Shown piece after piece: positions 61,786 to 64,000 of a stretch of DNA of 64,000 bases (its first letter is position 1; the number at the start of each line of letters is the position of its first letter). Source of the stretch: Desulfobulbaceae bacterium UBA2775 (lineage in GTDB: Bacteria > Desulfobacterota > Desulfobulbia > Desulfobulbales > Desulfocapsaceae); contig DEIL01000020.1 of assembly GCA_002352445.1 (NCBI GenBank), forward strand, positions 51-64,050. The letters run 5' to 3'. The translations under genes were made by a program, and so were the position numbers. Below the pieces are notes generated by a model. The model made no database searches. It saw only the letters and a program-made list of their open reading frames with translations, and was not told the origin of the DNA.

Positions 61786-62295
61786 ATGGAAATGCAAGAG
61801 AGGAAAAAAATGAATCCAACCGAAATGGATTGGGAAAAACTTTCTGAAATTCTAGCACAACATCAGGGGAAGAAATGGGGATTGATTCCCCTGCTCCAGG
61901 AAGTCCAGGAGGGTTTCGGGTTCATTCCTCCCGAATCCATTGAATCCATAGCTGAAACCCTCAACCTTTACCCCAGTCAGGTACAGGGTGTCATCACGTT
62001 TTATGCCGGTTTTTCTTCAGAACCAAAGGGAAAATGCGTTCTCAAGGTATGTCGAGGAACAGCCTGTCATGTAAAGGGAGGAAAATCTGTTCTGAGATTA
62101 ATACAAAAAAATCTCGACCTCAAAGAAGGCGAAACCAGCCCTGACTATCAGTTTACCCTTGAAACCGCAGCCTGCCTGGGGGCCTGTTTTCTGGCGCCGG
62201 CTATGATGGTTGATCGTGAATATTACGGTAAACTGAACCCGATCAAGGTTACCAGTATTCTCGGTGAGTACCGGAAGGAAAAGGGAGAAGATTAA
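61786..62295 (+). CDS. NuoE/HydC-like [2Fe-2S] subunit
   Basis: VCRGTACH...ACLGAC. Confidence 0.9.
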   Translation: MEMQERKKMNPTEMDWEKLSEILAQHQGKKWGLIPLLQEVQEGFGFIPPESIESIAETLNLYPSQVQGVITFYAGFSSEPKGKCVLKVCRGTACHVKGGKSVLRLIQKNLDLKEGETSPDYQFTLETAACLGACFLAPAMMVDREYYGKLNPIKVTSILGEYRKEKGED

Positions 62296-62298
62296 ATC

Positions 62299-64000
62299 AT
62301 GGAGAAACTTTCATCCATCGGACAATTTGAGTGGCTCCGCAACAGAATCCTGTCAAAAACTACAGAAGATAAATCTGTGGTACATGTCTGCATGACCGGC
62401 TGTCGCGCCTACGGTGCAGCTTCAGTTAAAGATGCGCTTGTGGAAGAAGTAGAAAAACAAGGCCTTTCCGAGACAGTTGAAATCCGATCAACCGGATGCC
62501 ATGGTTTCTGTGCAAAAGCTCCTGTTATCGGGTTTGAACCCATGGGTATACAATACCAGGAGGTAACCCCCGAAGATGCCCCCGAGATTACCGCCAAAAC
62601 CCTCAAAGAGAACCAATTAATCGAAAGACTGGCGTACAAAGACCCTAAAACAAAGGTACCCATCTATCACCTGGACCAGATCCCTTTCTATGCAAAACAG
62701 GAAAAAAGAGTTCTGAAACGGTGCGGGCGGATTGATCCCACAAGTGTAGAGGACTACATCGCAGCAGGGGGATATCAGGCCATTGTCAAGGCGCTCACAA
62801 AAATGAGCCCGGATGAGGTAATTGATGAGGTACTCTCTGCTGGAATAAGAGGGCGTGGAGGAGCTGGCTTTCCCACCGGCCTGAAATGGAAATTCGCCCG
62901 TCAGGCTGCAGGACAGCCAAAATATATCATATGCAACGCAGATGAAGGAGATCCAGGTGCCTTCATGGACCGGGCCATGCTGGAGGGAGATCCTCACGCA
63001 GTACTGGAAGGGATGCTGATTGGGGCCTATGCACTGGGAGCTGCTTATGGATACATTTACGTTAGGGAAGAATATCCGATCGCCATTGATCATCTTAATA
63101 TCGCCATCGAACAGCTACAGGAACTGGGACTTCTTGGCGAAAACATTCTGGGTATGGGTTTTGACTTTGATTTGTCCCTGAAAATGGGCGCTGGTGCTTT
63201 TGTCTGCGGAGAGGAAACTGCTCTCATGGCATCTATTGAGGGAAAACGCGGCATGCCGACAGCAAGGCCGCCGTTTCCTGCCCAGGAGGGGTTGGACAGA
63301 AAACCATCCAACATCAACAATGTCGAAACCTTTGCGAATATTCCTCTGATTATTAATAAAGGGGCTGCCTGGTATGGAATGGTAGGTACTGAAAAAAGCA
63401 AAGGTACCAAGATTTTCTCCCTTGCTGGAAAGGTTAATAATACTGGTCTGGTAGAAGTTCCAATAGGGGCCACCATAAAAGATGTGGTGTTTGAAATAGG
63501 TGGGGGTATTCCCCAGGGGAGAGAATTCAAAGCTGTTCAGATGGGAGGGCCTTCAGGGGGGTGTGTTCCAAAACAGTTTTTAAACCTACCCATTGACTAT
63601 GACACGATTCAGAAAATCGGCGCAATCATGGGCTCCGGTGGAATGGTTGTGATGGATGAAAATAACTGTATGGTTGAAATTGCTCGTTTTTTCCTGAGCT
63701 TCACCCAATCAGAATCCTGCGGAAAATGTGCGCCATGCCGCCTGGGAACTACTCAACTCTTAAAGATATTAACACAGATAACAAATGGCGAAGGCCGGAT
63801 GGAGGATATCCAGACCATTAAAGATTTGGGCGAAACAATTACATCTGCGTCCCTCTGCGGACTCGGACAAACCTGCGCCAAACCTGCCTTATCCACTTTG
63901 AAATATTTTACAAAGGAGTATGAAGACCACATTAAAGAGCATCGCTGTAGTGGGGCGGTATGCGACTCGATGGTGATATCTGCCTGCCAGCACGCCTGTC
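62299..64000 (+). CDS. NuoF/HydB-like NADH-binding flavoprotein (partial, runs off the right edge)
   Basis: Not in the ORF track. Manual translation from ATG 62299: CMTGC...GCHGFC, RGRGGAGFPTG, NADEGDPGAFMDR, GAFVCGEET, GGPSGG, SCGKCAPCR, ending ISACQHAC. Confidence 0.92.
   Translation, partial: MEKLSSIGQFEWLRNRILSKTTEDKSVVHVCMTGCRAYGAASVKDALVEEVEKQGLSETVEIRSTGCHGFCAKAPVIGFEPMGIQYQEVTPEDAPEITAKTLKENQLIERLAYKDPKTKVPIYHLDQIPFYAKQEKRVLKRCGRIDPTSVEDYIAAGGYQAIVKALTKMSPDEVIDEVLSAGIRGRGGAGFPTGLKWKFARQAAGQPKYIICNADEGDPGAFMDRAMLEGDPHAVLEGMLIGAYALGAAYGYIYVREEYPIAIDHLNIAIEQLQELGLLGENILGMGFDFDLSLKMGAGAFVCGEETALMASIEGKRGMPTARPPFPAQEGLDRKPSNINNVETFANIPLIINKGAAWYGMVGTEKSKGTKIFSLAGKVNNTGLVEVPIGATIKDVVFEIGGGIPQGREFKAVQMGGPSGGCVPKQFLNLPIDYDTIQKIGAIMGSGGMVVMDENNCMVEIARFFLSFTQSESCGKCAPCRLGTTQLLKILTQITNGEGRMEDIQTIKDLGETITSASLCGLGQTCAKPALSTLKYFTKEYEDHIKEHRCSGAVCDSMVISACQHAC

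Overview
Bacterial chromosomal window whose gene content points to a sulfate-reducing Desulfobacterota genome, probably Desulfobulbales (inference, no search run). 1-10.7 kb: an AT-richer amino-acid catabolic block. It holds ornithine carbamoyltransferase, a P-loop ArcE-like protein (arginine synthetase candidate) and a partial carbamate kinase, plus two LysR regulators, a polar amino-acid ABC transporter, a CapA-like metallophosphoesterase and an M20 amidohydrolase. 11-14 kb: PBP1B and a TPR lipoprotein. 14-15.4 kb: a scar of transposase and WYL remnants and a MITE carrying an internal REP doublet. 15.5-48 kb: mostly housekeeping genes (trmFO, maf, serA, PPIase, trpS, grpE-dnaK, tamAB, rlmD). 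This stretch also contains a T7 gp4/Twinkle-like primase-helicase fusion, a large HEAT-cNMP-PilZ protein and a candidate sigma54-driven ~70-nt CU-rich small RNA. 48-55 kb: TPP riboswitch, thiBPQ and thiN. 55-64 kb: a PAS kinase, an excisionase-HTH response regulator with 9-bp direct-repeat arrays upstream, a divergent MetF paralogue, and an FdhA-like (no catalytic Cys/Sec)/NuoE/NuoF module with bifurcating-type motifs. No rRNA, tRNA, CRISPR array or intact prophage was seen.
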